NCBI GenBank assembly: GCA_028724525.1
Contig: JAQYCV010000033.1
Span: 36,290-100,289, forward strand
Length of the DNA stretch: 64,000 nucleotides
Direction: 5' to 3'
DNA from: Clostridiales bacterium
GTDB taxonomy: Bacteria; Bacillota; Clostridia; Saccharofermentanales; DTU023
A program made the translations under genes and the position numbers. A model generated the notes under the pieces. That model searched no databases. It saw nothing but the letters and a program-made list of their open reading frames with translations, and was not told the DNA's origin. This document shows positions 27,935-36,544 of the stretch, piece by piece (within the stretch, counting starts at the first letter, position 1; each line of letters starts with the position of its first letter).

Positions 27935-28108
27935 TTATTCAGGACTGTGGATGGGACCAGACGGACAATACGTGTGATAATAGCAATTATGCGGACAATA
28001 ACTAGTACACAATCCACAAACATCAAGAGGGCAATCTCTTACACACAGATAGCATCCACTCGGTGAAATCGGGTTCTTGTTTTTCGGTTCTACCAAAAAT
28101 TTCATCAT
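27935..28108 (-). CDS. Candidate RiPP precursor peptide (57 aa, 8 Cys), absent from the ORF track
   Basis: GAGAGGAG lies 6 nt upstream of ATGATG. Translation: MMKFLVEPKNKNPISPSGCYLCVRDCPLDVCGLCTSYCPHNCYYHTYCPSGPIHSPE. First gene of the block containing the rSAM/SPASM enzyme. Confidence 0.7.
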   Translation of the reverse strand: MMKFLVEPKNKNPISPSGCYLCVRDCPLDVCGLCTSYCPHNCYYHTYCPSGPIHSPE

Positions 28109-28376
28109 TATCAGCTCCTCTCTTGTTAGTTTTAACTACATATAGAATAACATACATTTATTCGATTTCCAATAGCTATTTTCACATGAATAAAATGGGA
28201 ATCTAATATTCCTACTCTGTTCCGCTAACACTGTGCTGTCGATTTATCTGTCCATACATTGACATTTACTATTCGGAACTTAGACCCTTGAGTTGATCTT
28301 CAACATTAACTACAATCAACTGAGTTATATTAATTTGACATATTTACCGCTCAAAGGTCATTCAAGACAGGCTATC

Positions 28377-29090
28377 ATGATGGATTTACAATTTTCACAG
28401 GACATGCACCAGCTGGAAGTTTTGAGGAAGGCGACTCAGGTCGGAAAAATCCAGTTTTATAAGAACACCTTTCACCAAAGGAATACTTATCTTCGTCTGC
28501 ATCTGGACAAGCTGAGCCCAGAAGAAGCAGTCCTAGTCCTACTAACCTGTCGGGAAAAATGCGACACACCCTTGCAAGTCATGCTTGATGCAGGCGCGGA
28601 GCAATCCGAAGAAGTTTTGCTTAAAGCTGGCTTTCGCTTAGTGCGCCATTGTATCCTTGGCGATTTCAGTCAAACAGACCTAGCCGGCCCCCTAATCTCG
28701 AGCACAACAGTGGCATCTATCTCGATTAAAGAAAAGGACTCTCTGGTATTTTCACAAGCTCTGTTTGCTTATTATTGTAAAAATCATACAGATATTAATC
28801 CCTGGACCGGGAGTTTTGGAGATTTCTGTGACATTCTACCTGAGACTATTCTCTACGATCAGGATCTTCCTCTCAACTTTGCTTATATCGAAAATAACGA
28901 GATCGCCTATTGCCACGGTACGGGTGACGAAAGCTTCCAGCGTTTTAGCCAAAGCCTGGTCAGCCGGCTATTTAATCAATATGACCGCATCTACTTTGAA
29001 GCTGATGATAATGATCCCTATGCCTTGATATTATTAGGCTTATTCCGGCCCAAGGAACTTGATTACTGTAACACTTTTATTCTGGATTAG
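28377..29090 (+). CDS. Hypothetical protein
   Basis: Long ORF divergent from the RiPP block. The ATG at 28377 is preferred over the TTG at 28293. I do not recognise any motif. Confidence 0.4.
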   Translation: MMDLQFSQDMHQLEVLRKATQVGKIQFYKNTFHQRNTYLRLHLDKLSPEEAVLVLLTCREKCDTPLQVMLDAGAEQSEEVLLKAGFRLVRHCILGDFSQTDLAGPLISSTTVASISIKEKDSLVFSQALFAYYCKNHTDINPWTGSFGDFCDILPETILYDQDLPLNFAYIENNEIAYCHGTGDESFQRFSQSLVSRLFNQYDRIYFEADDNDPYALILLGLFRPKELDYCNTFILD

Positions 29091-29106
29091 CTGAAATACG
29101 ATATCG

Positions 29107-29739
29107 CTATAGTTCTTTCCTCATTTGCTTATCGATCCAGCTTAAAAGCTCTGCCAGGGAGTGACGGCGGGACCGGGCACATTCTGGGGCGGGCCGATCA
29201 CAGAGAAAGCATGTACGGGGGGGCAGACCGAGCTCTTCCCGGCTGAGGGGGCCAGCTTGGCTGAAAACATCAAGGTCGTAGAGGCGGCCTAAGGGTTTCT
29301 CCTCCAGTTCTACCATGCGGCGCTTGACCTGGACGGCGGGCAGGGGGCTGGCTAAGAAATATTCTGGACCCGTTGGCAGGTCAGGCAAGCTTTCCTCCCA
29401 GTCCCTGTCCCCTTCCGGGAGGCTAGTCCGGATATCCTGAAGGCCCCGGGCAAAAAGGGCCTGGATGCTGTCATTATTCTTGACTTGACCGGGGATGTTG
29501 AGCTTGAAGCAAACCACTGTCAGATGGCTTTTTAATAAGCTTTGAATATGCAAAACTCGGGCTTCTCGGCGGACCAGAACGTCTGCCAAGCTGGGCTGGC
29601 TCCCCTGCTGAAAGCCCTGGGGGATAGTCGCAGCATGGGCTGTCGCTGTGGAGTTCCGAGAGAAGTCTTCCCGGCCTCCGGGAGGATTGTTCATGGCAGG
29701 ATCGGTCTCCTTTCTGAGGAAGAACGCTTGAGCCTTCAA
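29107..29739 (-). CDS. citX: Citrate lyase holo-[acyl-carrier-protein] synthase (apo-citrate lyase phosphoribosyl-dephospho-CoA transferase)
   Basis: The C-terminal ...RLYDLDVF...CFLCDRPAPECARSRRHSLAELL... pattern is characteristic of CitX. The true start may be the internal Met 15 codons downstream. Confidence 0.65.
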   Translation of the reverse strand: MKAQAFFLRKETDPAMNNPPGGREDFSRNSTATAHAATIPQGFQQGSQPSLADVLVRREARVLHIQSLLKSHLTVVCFKLNIPGQVKNNDSIQALFARGLQDIRTSLPEGDRDWEESLPDLPTGPEYFLASPLPAVQVKRRMVELEEKPLGRLYDLDVFSQAGPLSREELGLPPRTCFLCDRPAPECARSRRHSLAELLSWIDKQMRKEL

Positions 29740-29826
29740 GCTGATGGACCCCTGATGACCAGCACGAAGCTGGATGGTTGGCTATAACTGGAAGCTGGCT
29801 GGCTCTAACAGGAGGCTTAATTGCTT

Positions 29827-29841
29827 GCTATAATATATAGC
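29827..29841 (+). promoter_or_regulatory. Palindrome overlapping a TATAAT box upstream of citC
   Basis: GCTATAATATATAGC is a perfect inverted repeat, and TGCTATAAT (extended -10-like) lies at about 29826-29834. Confidence 0.3.
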
Positions 29842-29884
29842 ATAAATTGATCAAGGTGCTAGAGAAAGAGCAAGACCGAAAAAG

Positions 29885-30952
29885 ATGGAAATTAGACGCC
29901 TGTGGCCAGATAAAATTAGCCGAGACCGCCAAGCTTGGATCAAGCGTTTAGCCCAGGCTGGCTTGCGGCCGGAAAAGAATGTGGACCAAGTCTATGGCCT
30001 CTATGAGGGTGAGGATTTAATTGCCACAGGTTCCCTCTTTCACAACATTATTAAGTGTGTGGCTGTGCGGGAAGATTACCAGGGCGGACCAGGCTTTAAT
30101 AAGCTAATCGGCGAGCTTCTGCAAATGATCATGCACAAAGGCGAGCTCAAGGCCTATGTCTACACCAAAGCCCAAGCTGCGCCAGCCTTTGCCCACCTCG
30201 GCTTCCGGGAAATCTCCCGGGTCCAGGACCGCTTAGTCTTTATGGAAAGAGCCATGAAGGGTATCACAGATTTTCTGAAAGATTTAAAAACCCAGGCCCA
30301 GCTGGCAGATAAGAGGACTAGTCCTTCATCTGATAGGCCGGAGTCCGTGGCCGCCATTGTCCTCAACGCTAACCCCCTCACCTTGGGCCACATGGCCTTA
30401 ATTGACCAGGCCCGCCAGGCCTGCTGGACCCTGCACGTATTTGTGGTCGCAGAAGATCGATCTGCCTTTCCCGCAGCTGACCGACTGGCCCTTGTTAAAG
30501 AGGCGGTTGCAGCCTGGCCCCAGGTCCAGGTCCATAGTACAGGCCCCTATCTCGTTTCCTCTGCCACTTTTCCCTCCTATTTTTTACCAGAAGATGAAGA
30601 TATTACGCGGATCCAGGCCCGCCTGGATGCCCAGATCTTCCGCCGCTACTTCGCTCCCAGCTTGGGCATCACTAGCCGCTGGGTGGGAGAAGAACCCCTG
30701 AGTCCCAGCACACAGATTTATAATCAAGTCATGGCCGAAGTTTTCCAGGAGGAGGCCCCCTACCCGCCCCTAAAACTGGAGGTCATCCCTCGCGCCGAAC
30801 AGGATGGCCAGCCTATCTCGGCCTCTCAGGTCCGCCAATATTTAGCCCAAGGCGAGCTGGACCAGGCGTTAGTGCTAGTGCCTCCAGTCACGCAGAAATA
30901 CTTGCAGAGTCCTCAGGGACAGACCATCATTCGAAAGTTGCAATCTGTATAA
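29885..30952 (+). CDS. citC: [Citrate (pro-3S)-lyase] ligase
   Basis: 355 aa with an N-terminal GNAT-like region and a cytidylyltransferase-like core (NANPLTLGH). Confidence 0.75.
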   Translation: MEIRRLWPDKISRDRQAWIKRLAQAGLRPEKNVDQVYGLYEGEDLIATGSLFHNIIKCVAVREDYQGGPGFNKLIGELLQMIMHKGELKAYVYTKAQAAPAFAHLGFREISRVQDRLVFMERAMKGITDFLKDLKTQAQLADKRTSPSSDRPESVAAIVLNANPLTLGHMALIDQARQACWTLHVFVVAEDRSAFPAADRLALVKEAVAAWPQVQVHSTGPYLVSSATFPSYFLPEDEDITRIQARLDAQIFRRYFAPSLGITSRWVGEEPLSPSTQIYNQVMAEVFQEEAPYPPLKLEVIPRAEQDGQPISASQVRQYLAQGELDQALVLVPPVTQKYLQSPQGQTIIRKLQSV

Positions 30953-31077
30953 AAATACCCCCTTGCCCTGGTCAAAATAGGCAGACTGCCTAAAAAATTC
31001 TTTCTTTTCTCCGTCAGTTTTGCTAAGATGAATAAGCTTTAATACGACTTATCCAGATGACTGGGGAGGAAGGCTTA

Positions 31078-32400
31078 ATGAATTCACACCACCGGACCAA
31101 AGATCTCTTGGTCGTTAGTTTCGCCCTATTTTCCATGTTTCTAGGCGCAGGCAACATAATTTTCCCACCCTACATGGGCGCCATGGCAGGGACTGACTGG
31201 TCTATCGCTAGCCTAGGCTTTGTTTTAACCGGTACCGGACTCCCCATGCTGGGGATCATTGCGGTGGCCAAGGCTGGGGGCAGCGCGCAGAAATTCTGTG
31301 AACGGGTCTCTCCCATTTTTGCCACTGTGCTCACTACCATTATCCTGACCTTCATTGGGCCGCTCTTCGCCATCCCCCGGACGGCTGCGACAGCGGTGGA
31401 GCTGGCAGTCCTCCCCTTTATGCCAGAAAGTGTTGATGCCCATACCCTCCTCATTGTGGGGGCCTTGGTCTTCTTCAGCATCTGCCTATATTTTATCCTC
31501 AGTCCTAATTCTGTGATTGACCGGTTAGGCGCCTTCCTGACCCCCTTCCTCTTGATTTTCCTGGCCATTATTATCGGCATTGGAATTTTTAAGCCCATTG
31601 GAGAGCCGATTGCCCCTGCACCAGACCGCATGGGGACAGGGGTCTTCCACTATGGTTTCAGTACGGGCTACCAGACTATGGACGCCCTGGCTTCGATTGT
31701 CTTTGGGGGCACCGTCGCAATGACCCTGCAGCAAAAGGGTTATGAAGGCAAGTCAAAAGAGTCCATCATGCGAAAGGTCGCCGGGCTCGCAGGCCTGGGT
31801 ACCATGGCTGTCTATGTAGGCTTTGCCTGGATTGGCGCTTCCGGCTCTGGCCAATTACAAACTATTCCCGACCGCACCACCTTAACGGTCACTGCCATCA
31901 AGCTCTTATCCGGAAATTTCGGCCAGATCCTCCTGGCCCTGATCATTTTCCTGGCCTGCCTGACCACCGCTATTGGCTGCCTGCTCACAGCCAGCGATTA
32001 TTTTACCCAGCTTTTCAAAAACCGCTTTAGCTATAAGACAGTGGCTGTAACCTTAACCCTCCTTTCCTACCTGGTTTCTATCATGGGCGTAGAAGGGATT
32101 ATCAATCTCTCGACCCCTCTACTCGAAATCATCTATCCTGTTGTTATCGTTCTCATTGCCCTCAATCTTTTGGGTAGGAAGATTATTCCTTACGATGAGG
32201 TCTTTATCGGCGGAGTCATCGCCGCTATCCCCTTTGGTGTCGTTCAGGCCCTCAAGACTATCACGGTCACCAAGCCCACGGCGGAAGAAATCCTCACCCA
32301 CGTTCCCCTGGGCCCTCAAGGCTTCGCCTTTCTCTTGCCAGCTCTGCTCGGCTGCATCTGCGGCTGGATTGTAGGGGCGCACAAGGCCAAGAAATCATAA
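31078..32400 (+). CDS. brnQ: Branched-chain amino acid transport system II carrier (LIVCS family)
   Basis: 12-TM-type protein with GAGNIIFPPYMG near the N-terminus. The ATG at 31078 follows GGAGGAAGG. Confidence 0.85.
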   Translation: MNSHHRTKDLLVVSFALFSMFLGAGNIIFPPYMGAMAGTDWSIASLGFVLTGTGLPMLGIIAVAKAGGSAQKFCERVSPIFATVLTTIILTFIGPLFAIPRTAATAVELAVLPFMPESVDAHTLLIVGALVFFSICLYFILSPNSVIDRLGAFLTPFLLIFLAIIIGIGIFKPIGEPIAPAPDRMGTGVFHYGFSTGYQTMDALASIVFGGTVAMTLQQKGYEGKSKESIMRKVAGLAGLGTMAVYVGFAWIGASGSGQLQTIPDRTTLTVTAIKLLSGNFGQILLALIIFLACLTTAIGCLLTASDYFTQLFKNRFSYKTVAVTLTLLSYLVSIMGVEGIINLSTPLLEIIYPVVIVLIALNLLGRKIIPYDEVFIGGVIAAIPFGVVQALKTITVTKPTAEEILTHVPLGPQGFAFLLPALLGCICGWIVGAHKAKKS

Positions 32401-32470
32401 GCCCGATAGGCTTTCGAGCCGAGTGAGTGAGAATTGTAGCCTGCAAAAAGTTGAAGCTTGACCATAGTTT

Positions 32471-32505
32471 AAAAAAGTCCGGGCTCGTCTCGCCCGGACT
32501 TTTTA
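32471..32505. terminator. Bidirectional rho-independent terminator (brnQ / ABC operon convergence)
   Basis: AAAAAAGTCCGGGC-TCGTCTC-GCCCGGACTTTTT. A perfect 9-bp stem is flanked by A- and T-runs. Confidence 0.8.
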
Positions 32506-32534
32506 TTGAGCTTGTCAAAGTTGCCAGAACTGGC

Positions 32535-33563
32535 CTAGGCATCGTAGAGGTGGCAGGCCACAAAGTGCCCCGGCTCCATCTCTCTTTCCTCAGGAAACTC
32601 TTGCCGGCAGATAGGCATGGCATAGGGACAACGGTCGTGGAAATAGCAACCGCTTGGTAGGTTGACCGCTGACGGGATCTCCCCCTTGATGGTCATCTCT
32701 TCGACGATGGGCTCTTCGTCAATCGTGGGGACGGCGGAGAAGAGCATCTTGGTATAGGGGTGGAGGGGATTCTCAAAAATTTGGTTTTTATGCCCCTTCT
32801 CCGTAATGCTACCCAGGTACATGCAGGCCAGACGGTCTGAGATATGACGGACAACGGAGAGGTCATGGGCAATAAAGAGACAGGAGAAGCCCATCTCATC
32901 CTTGAGGTCCATGAGGAGGTTGAGAATTTGAGCCTGGATAGAAACGTCCAGGGCAGAAACAGGTTCATCTGCAATGATAAAATCAGGCTCCACGGCTAGG
33001 GAACGGGCAATGACGATACGCTGCCTTTGCCCGCCGGAAAATTGGTGGGGATAGCGCCGGCTGTGTTCTGGCCGCAAGCCTACCTTCTGGAGCAGGTCCA
33101 CGGCCTTCTCTTCAGCTTCGGCCCGGTTGCTCGCTAGCTTATGGAAGAGCAGGGGCTCGCAGATAATATCAATGACCCTTTGGCGGGGGTTTAGAGAAGT
33201 GTAGGGATCCTGGAAGATCATCTGCATTTCGCGCCGCACCTTGCCAAGTTTCTGTTCCGGCAGGTGGCTAATGTCTTGCCCTTTGTATAGGATCTGGCCG
33301 GCGGCTGGCTCCAGGAGACGGATCACCGTCTTAGCCGCCGTGGATTTACCGCAGCCGGACTCCCCTACAAGCGCATAAACTTCTCCCTCTTGGACATCGA
33401 AGGAAATACCATTTAAGGCATGGATCACCTTATCATTCCAGCAGATACGGCCGTCTTCTCGGCGCAAGGACTGGAAAAAACCCTTGGTGAGATAGAAACG
33501 CTGTTGGAGATTATTGACTTCTAAGGCCTTCGGGGCGGGCTGGGTCGTTTGTTGAGTATTCAT
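32535..33563 (-). CDS. Oligopeptide/dipeptide ABC transporter ATP-binding protein (OppF/DppF-type)
   Basis: Walker [18 protein letters not shown]-like FSGGQRQR, and a C-terminal Cys-containing Opp/Dpp extension. Confidence 0.85.
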   Translation of the reverse strand: MNTQQTTQPAPKALEVNNLQQRFYLTKGFFQSLRREDGRICWNDKVIHALNGISFDVQEGEVYALVGESGCGKSTAAKTVIRLLEPAAGQILYKGQDISHLPEQKLGKVRREMQMIFQDPYTSLNPRQRVIDIICEPLLFHKLASNRAEAEEKAVDLLQKVGLRPEHSRRYPHQFSGGQRQRIVIARSLAVEPDFIIADEPVSALDVSIQAQILNLLMDLKDEMGFSCLFIAHDLSVVRHISDRLACMYLGSITEKGHKNQIFENPLHPYTKMLFSAVPTIDEEPIVEEMTIKGEIPSAVNLPSGCYFHDRCPYAMPICRQEFPEEREMEPGHFVACHLYDA

Positions 33564-33575
33564 CCTGAAGGCCTC

Positions 33576-34586
33576 CTAAAACACATCTTCCCCGGCTTGC
33601 AGAGGGAAGTGACAGGCCACAAAGTGTCCTGGTGTATGTTCAATAAGCTGGGGTTGTTCTTGCCTGCAGCGGTCCTGGGCTCGCGGACACCGGTCAGCAA
33701 AATAGCAGCCCTGGGGCAGGTGGAGCATGGCTGGTACCATGCCAGGGATATAGGGCAGGCGGGGCCGCGAAGACCGGAGGCGGGGGATACACTTCAAGAG
33801 ACCTACCGTATAGGGGTGGCAGGCATGGTGAATGAGTTCATCCCGGCTGGCATGCTCGACCAGCTTGCCGCAATACATAACGGCAATCCGGTCCGCATTT
33901 TCCGAAACCACCGCCAAATCGTGGGTGATTAAGATAAGCGATGTCCCCTGGTCTCTGACCAGTCGAGTCATGAGGCGGAGGATCTGGGCCTGGATAGTGA
34001 CGTCTAGGGCTGTGGTCGGCTCATCTGCAATAAGCAGCTTGGGCTCAATGGACAGAGCAATCGCGATAACGACCCTCTGCCGCATGCCACCGGAAAGCTG
34101 GAAGGGATAAGACTTGAGCCTTTCCTCCGGCTTGGGGATACCAACGGCCCGCAAAAGTTCTAGGCATTTTTCCCGGCGTTCCGCCTTGGTCATTTCTGGC
34201 CGGTGGAGGATGAACATTTCCGAGATTTGTTGCTCAATAGTTTTGAGAGGGTCTAAAGAGGTCAGGGAATCCTGGAAGACCATGGAGATTTTATCTCCCC
34301 GCACTTGCCGCATTTTCTTTTCAGAGGCCGGAACCAGGTCCTGGCCCTCGAAGATAATTTGGCCAGATTCAATTTTGCCGTTCCCCGCCAGGAGCTTGAG
34401 GATTGAATAGGAAGCTGCGGACTTGCCAGAACCTGACTCGCCCACAATGCCTAAAATCTCTTTTTCCTTAAGGCTAAAGGAAATATCATCAACAGCTTTA
34501 ATAACCCCATCAAAGGTATGGAAGTACATGCAGAGATTACGAACATCCAGCATGACGCCATCAGACTGAGTATTGCTCACGGCCAT
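33576..34586 (-). CDS. Oligopeptide/dipeptide ABC transporter ATP-binding protein (OppD/DppD-type)
   Basis: Walker A GESGSGKSA, signature LSGGMRQR, and a C-terminal Opp/Dpp extension. Confidence 0.85.
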   Translation of the reverse strand: MAVSNTQSDGVMLDVRNLCMYFHTFDGVIKAVDDISFSLKEKEILGIVGESGSGKSAASYSILKLLAGNGKIESGQIIFEGQDLVPASEKKMRQVRGDKISMVFQDSLTSLDPLKTIEQQISEMFILHRPEMTKAERREKCLELLRAVGIPKPEERLKSYPFQLSGGMRQRVVIAIALSIEPKLLIADEPTTALDVTIQAQILRLMTRLVRDQGTSLILITHDLAVVSENADRIAVMYCGKLVEHASRDELIHHACHPYTVGLLKCIPRLRSSRPRLPYIPGMVPAMLHLPQGCYFADRCPRAQDRCRQEQPQLIEHTPGHFVACHFPLQAGEDVF

Positions 34587-34587
34587 C

Positions 34588-35478
34588 TTACACCCCCTGT
34601 AATTTGGGATTTAGCTCATCACGCAGGAAGTCCCCTAAAAGGTTAATACCAAACACGATCAGCATGATATAAAAGCCTGGGAAGACGGACACCCACCACA
34701 GGCCACTAAAAAGCACGTCAAAGCCACTCTTGACCAAAAGGCCAAGCGAAGGCTTGGTAATTGGGACGCCAACACCTAAGAAAGACAGGGTGGCTTCAGT
34801 CAAAATAAAAGAACCTACCTGCATAGTCGCCAGAACCACAATGGAGTTGCTCACATTGGGCAGGACATGCCGGAGGAGAATTTGTCGTTTAGGGAGACCA
34901 AGCGTTCGGGCTGCTTGGATATAGTCTAGGCTTTTCACCTTGAGAGTTTCGCCCCGCACCGTACGTGCGTAGGTCACCCAGCCGACCGCCACTAAAGCGA
35001 TCAAGAGCTTACCTATCCCGCGGCCAAAAACAGCCATGATGGCCAAGGCCAGAAGCATAGAGGGGAAGGAGAGCTGGACATCGGCCACTCGCATGATAAA
35101 GCTTTCGGTCCGGCCACCAAAATAACCAGCGACCAGGCCTAGTGCCGTACCCAGGATGCAAGAGCCCAACATGCCCATCAATCCAATAAAGATAGAGGAC
35201 CGGGAGCCATAAATAATGGCGCTCATGAGGCAACGGCCTTGGTTATCCGTGCCCAAGGGGAATTGAGCCTGCCCACCCTCAGCCCATGCCGGTGGTAAAT
35301 AGGCATCTGCCAGGCTAATCTGGGTGAGGTCATAGGGATTTTGCGGGGCCAGATAGGGCCCGATAGTGGCAATTAAGATTGCCGCAAGCAAGAGCAAGCT
35401 ACCGATAATAGCGCCTGCACTGTGCCGATACTTATAGAAGAATTCAGACTGCCAAAAAGATTTTTTCTTATCTTGCAT
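34588..35478 (-). CDS. Peptide ABC transporter permease (OppC/DppC-type)
   Basis: BPD-transporter-type polytopic protein in operon position. Confidence 0.8.
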   Translation of the reverse strand: MQDKKKSFWQSEFFYKYRHSAGAIIGSLLLLAAILIATIGPYLAPQNPYDLTQISLADAYLPPAWAEGGQAQFPLGTDNQGRCLMSAIIYGSRSSIFIGLMGMLGSCILGTALGLVAGYFGGRTESFIMRVADVQLSFPSMLLALAIMAVFGRGIGKLLIALVAVGWVTYARTVRGETLKVKSLDYIQAARTLGLPKRQILLRHVLPNVSNSIVVLATMQVGSFILTEATLSFLGVGVPITKPSLGLLVKSGFDVLFSGLWWVSVFPGFYIMLIVFGINLLGDFLRDELNPKLQGV

Positions 35479-35490
35479 ATGTCGTGCCCC

Positions 35491-36456
35491 CTAAGCCAAG
35501 GAAATCCGGGGATCGATGAGGGAATACAGGATATCCACAATAAAGTTGATCACCACAAACATCCCTGCAGTCACCATCAAGTAGGCCACGATAATGGGCC
35601 GGTCAGCCTTGCCAATGGAATCGATTAAGAGCTTGCCCATACCCGGCCAAGCATAAATCGTCTCAGTTACAGTCGTAAAGGCGATTAAGCCGCCAATGTT
35701 AAGGCCCAAGACGGTAACAACTGGAATAAGAGCATTTTTAAGGGCATGGCCAAACATAATCCGGCGGTTGCCGGCTCCCTTGGCCCGCAGGAACTTAACA
35801 AAGTCCTCCCGCATGGTTTCGATAATTCCTGACCGAGTTAAACGCAGGGTCGAAGCGATATTACTAATAGCAAGCGTGACAGACGGGAGAATCAGATGTT
35901 TCCAACCATCTTTTGTAAAAAGACTGGAAGAAATACCCAGGAAGGTGCCTACCTGGCCTCGACCTGAGGCTGGCATGACATGCAACTCTACAGCAAAGAT
36001 GTAAATGAGCATCATGCCTATCCAGAAGTTGGGAAGAGAAATCCCCAGAATAGAACCACCCATAATAAGTTTAGATGACCGGCGGTTGGGGAAGGCCCCT
36101 GCATAGACCCCAAGGGGGATCGCAATAAAGATGATCAGAAGGCTGGCCACAATGACCACCTCCATAGTGGCAGGGAAACGCTCCAAAATCAGGGACATGG
36201 CCGGCTTGCCATAGGTATATGACACCCCAAAGTTCCCCTGCAGCAAGTCCTGCAGAAAGATCCCATATTGCACATAAATGGGGCGGTCTAAACCCAAGCG
36301 CACACGCGCAGCCTGAATTTCCGCCTCACTGGCATCTTCTCGCACAAGCATCAGGACGGGGTCGCCCAAAAAGCTAGTTAAGAAAAAGACTAGTATGGAT
36401 ACTACTAGCATGACGATGAGCATCTGCCCAAAGCGTCGCAAGAAATACTTAAGCAC
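35491..36456 (-). CDS. Peptide ABC transporter permease (OppB/DppB-type)
   Basis: N-terminal MLKYFLRRFGQMLIV... is typical of OppB/DppB permeases. Confidence 0.8.
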   Translation of the reverse strand: MLKYFLRRFGQMLIVMLVVSILVFFLTSFLGDPVLMLVREDASEAEIQAARVRLGLDRPIYVQYGIFLQDLLQGNFGVSYTYGKPAMSLILERFPATMEVVIVASLLIIFIAIPLGVYAGAFPNRRSSKLIMGGSILGISLPNFWIGMMLIYIFAVELHVMPASGRGQVGTFLGISSSLFTKDGWKHLILPSVTLAISNIASTLRLTRSGIIETMREDFVKFLRAKGAGNRRIMFGHALKNALIPVVTVLGLNIGGLIAFTTVTETIYAWPGMGKLLIDSIGKADRPIIVAYLMVTAGMFVVINFIVDILYSLIDPRISLA

Positions 36457-36498
36457 CCTACCCTCCTCCTAGTTCCGGTCTCTCAAAGATTGAAATCT

Positions 36499-36521
36499 GC
36501 CCGCCCCAAGGCGGGGCGGGC
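36499..36521 (-). promoter_or_regulatory. GC-rich intercistronic hairpin between the binding-protein and permease genes
   Basis: GCCCGCCCC-AAGGC-GGGGCGGGC is a perfect 9-bp stem with no strong T-tract. Such hairpins commonly set SBP:permease mRNA ratios. Confidence 0.5.
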
Positions 36522-36544
36522 TGTAAGTTTTTGCGAATTAAAGC

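Noticed and set aside
31170-32623. Antisense and alternative-frame ORFs within brnQ and the brnQ/oppF convergence region
   Set aside because: They are nested in a clear 12-TM transporter gene or span the bidirectional terminator, and they lack coding signatures.
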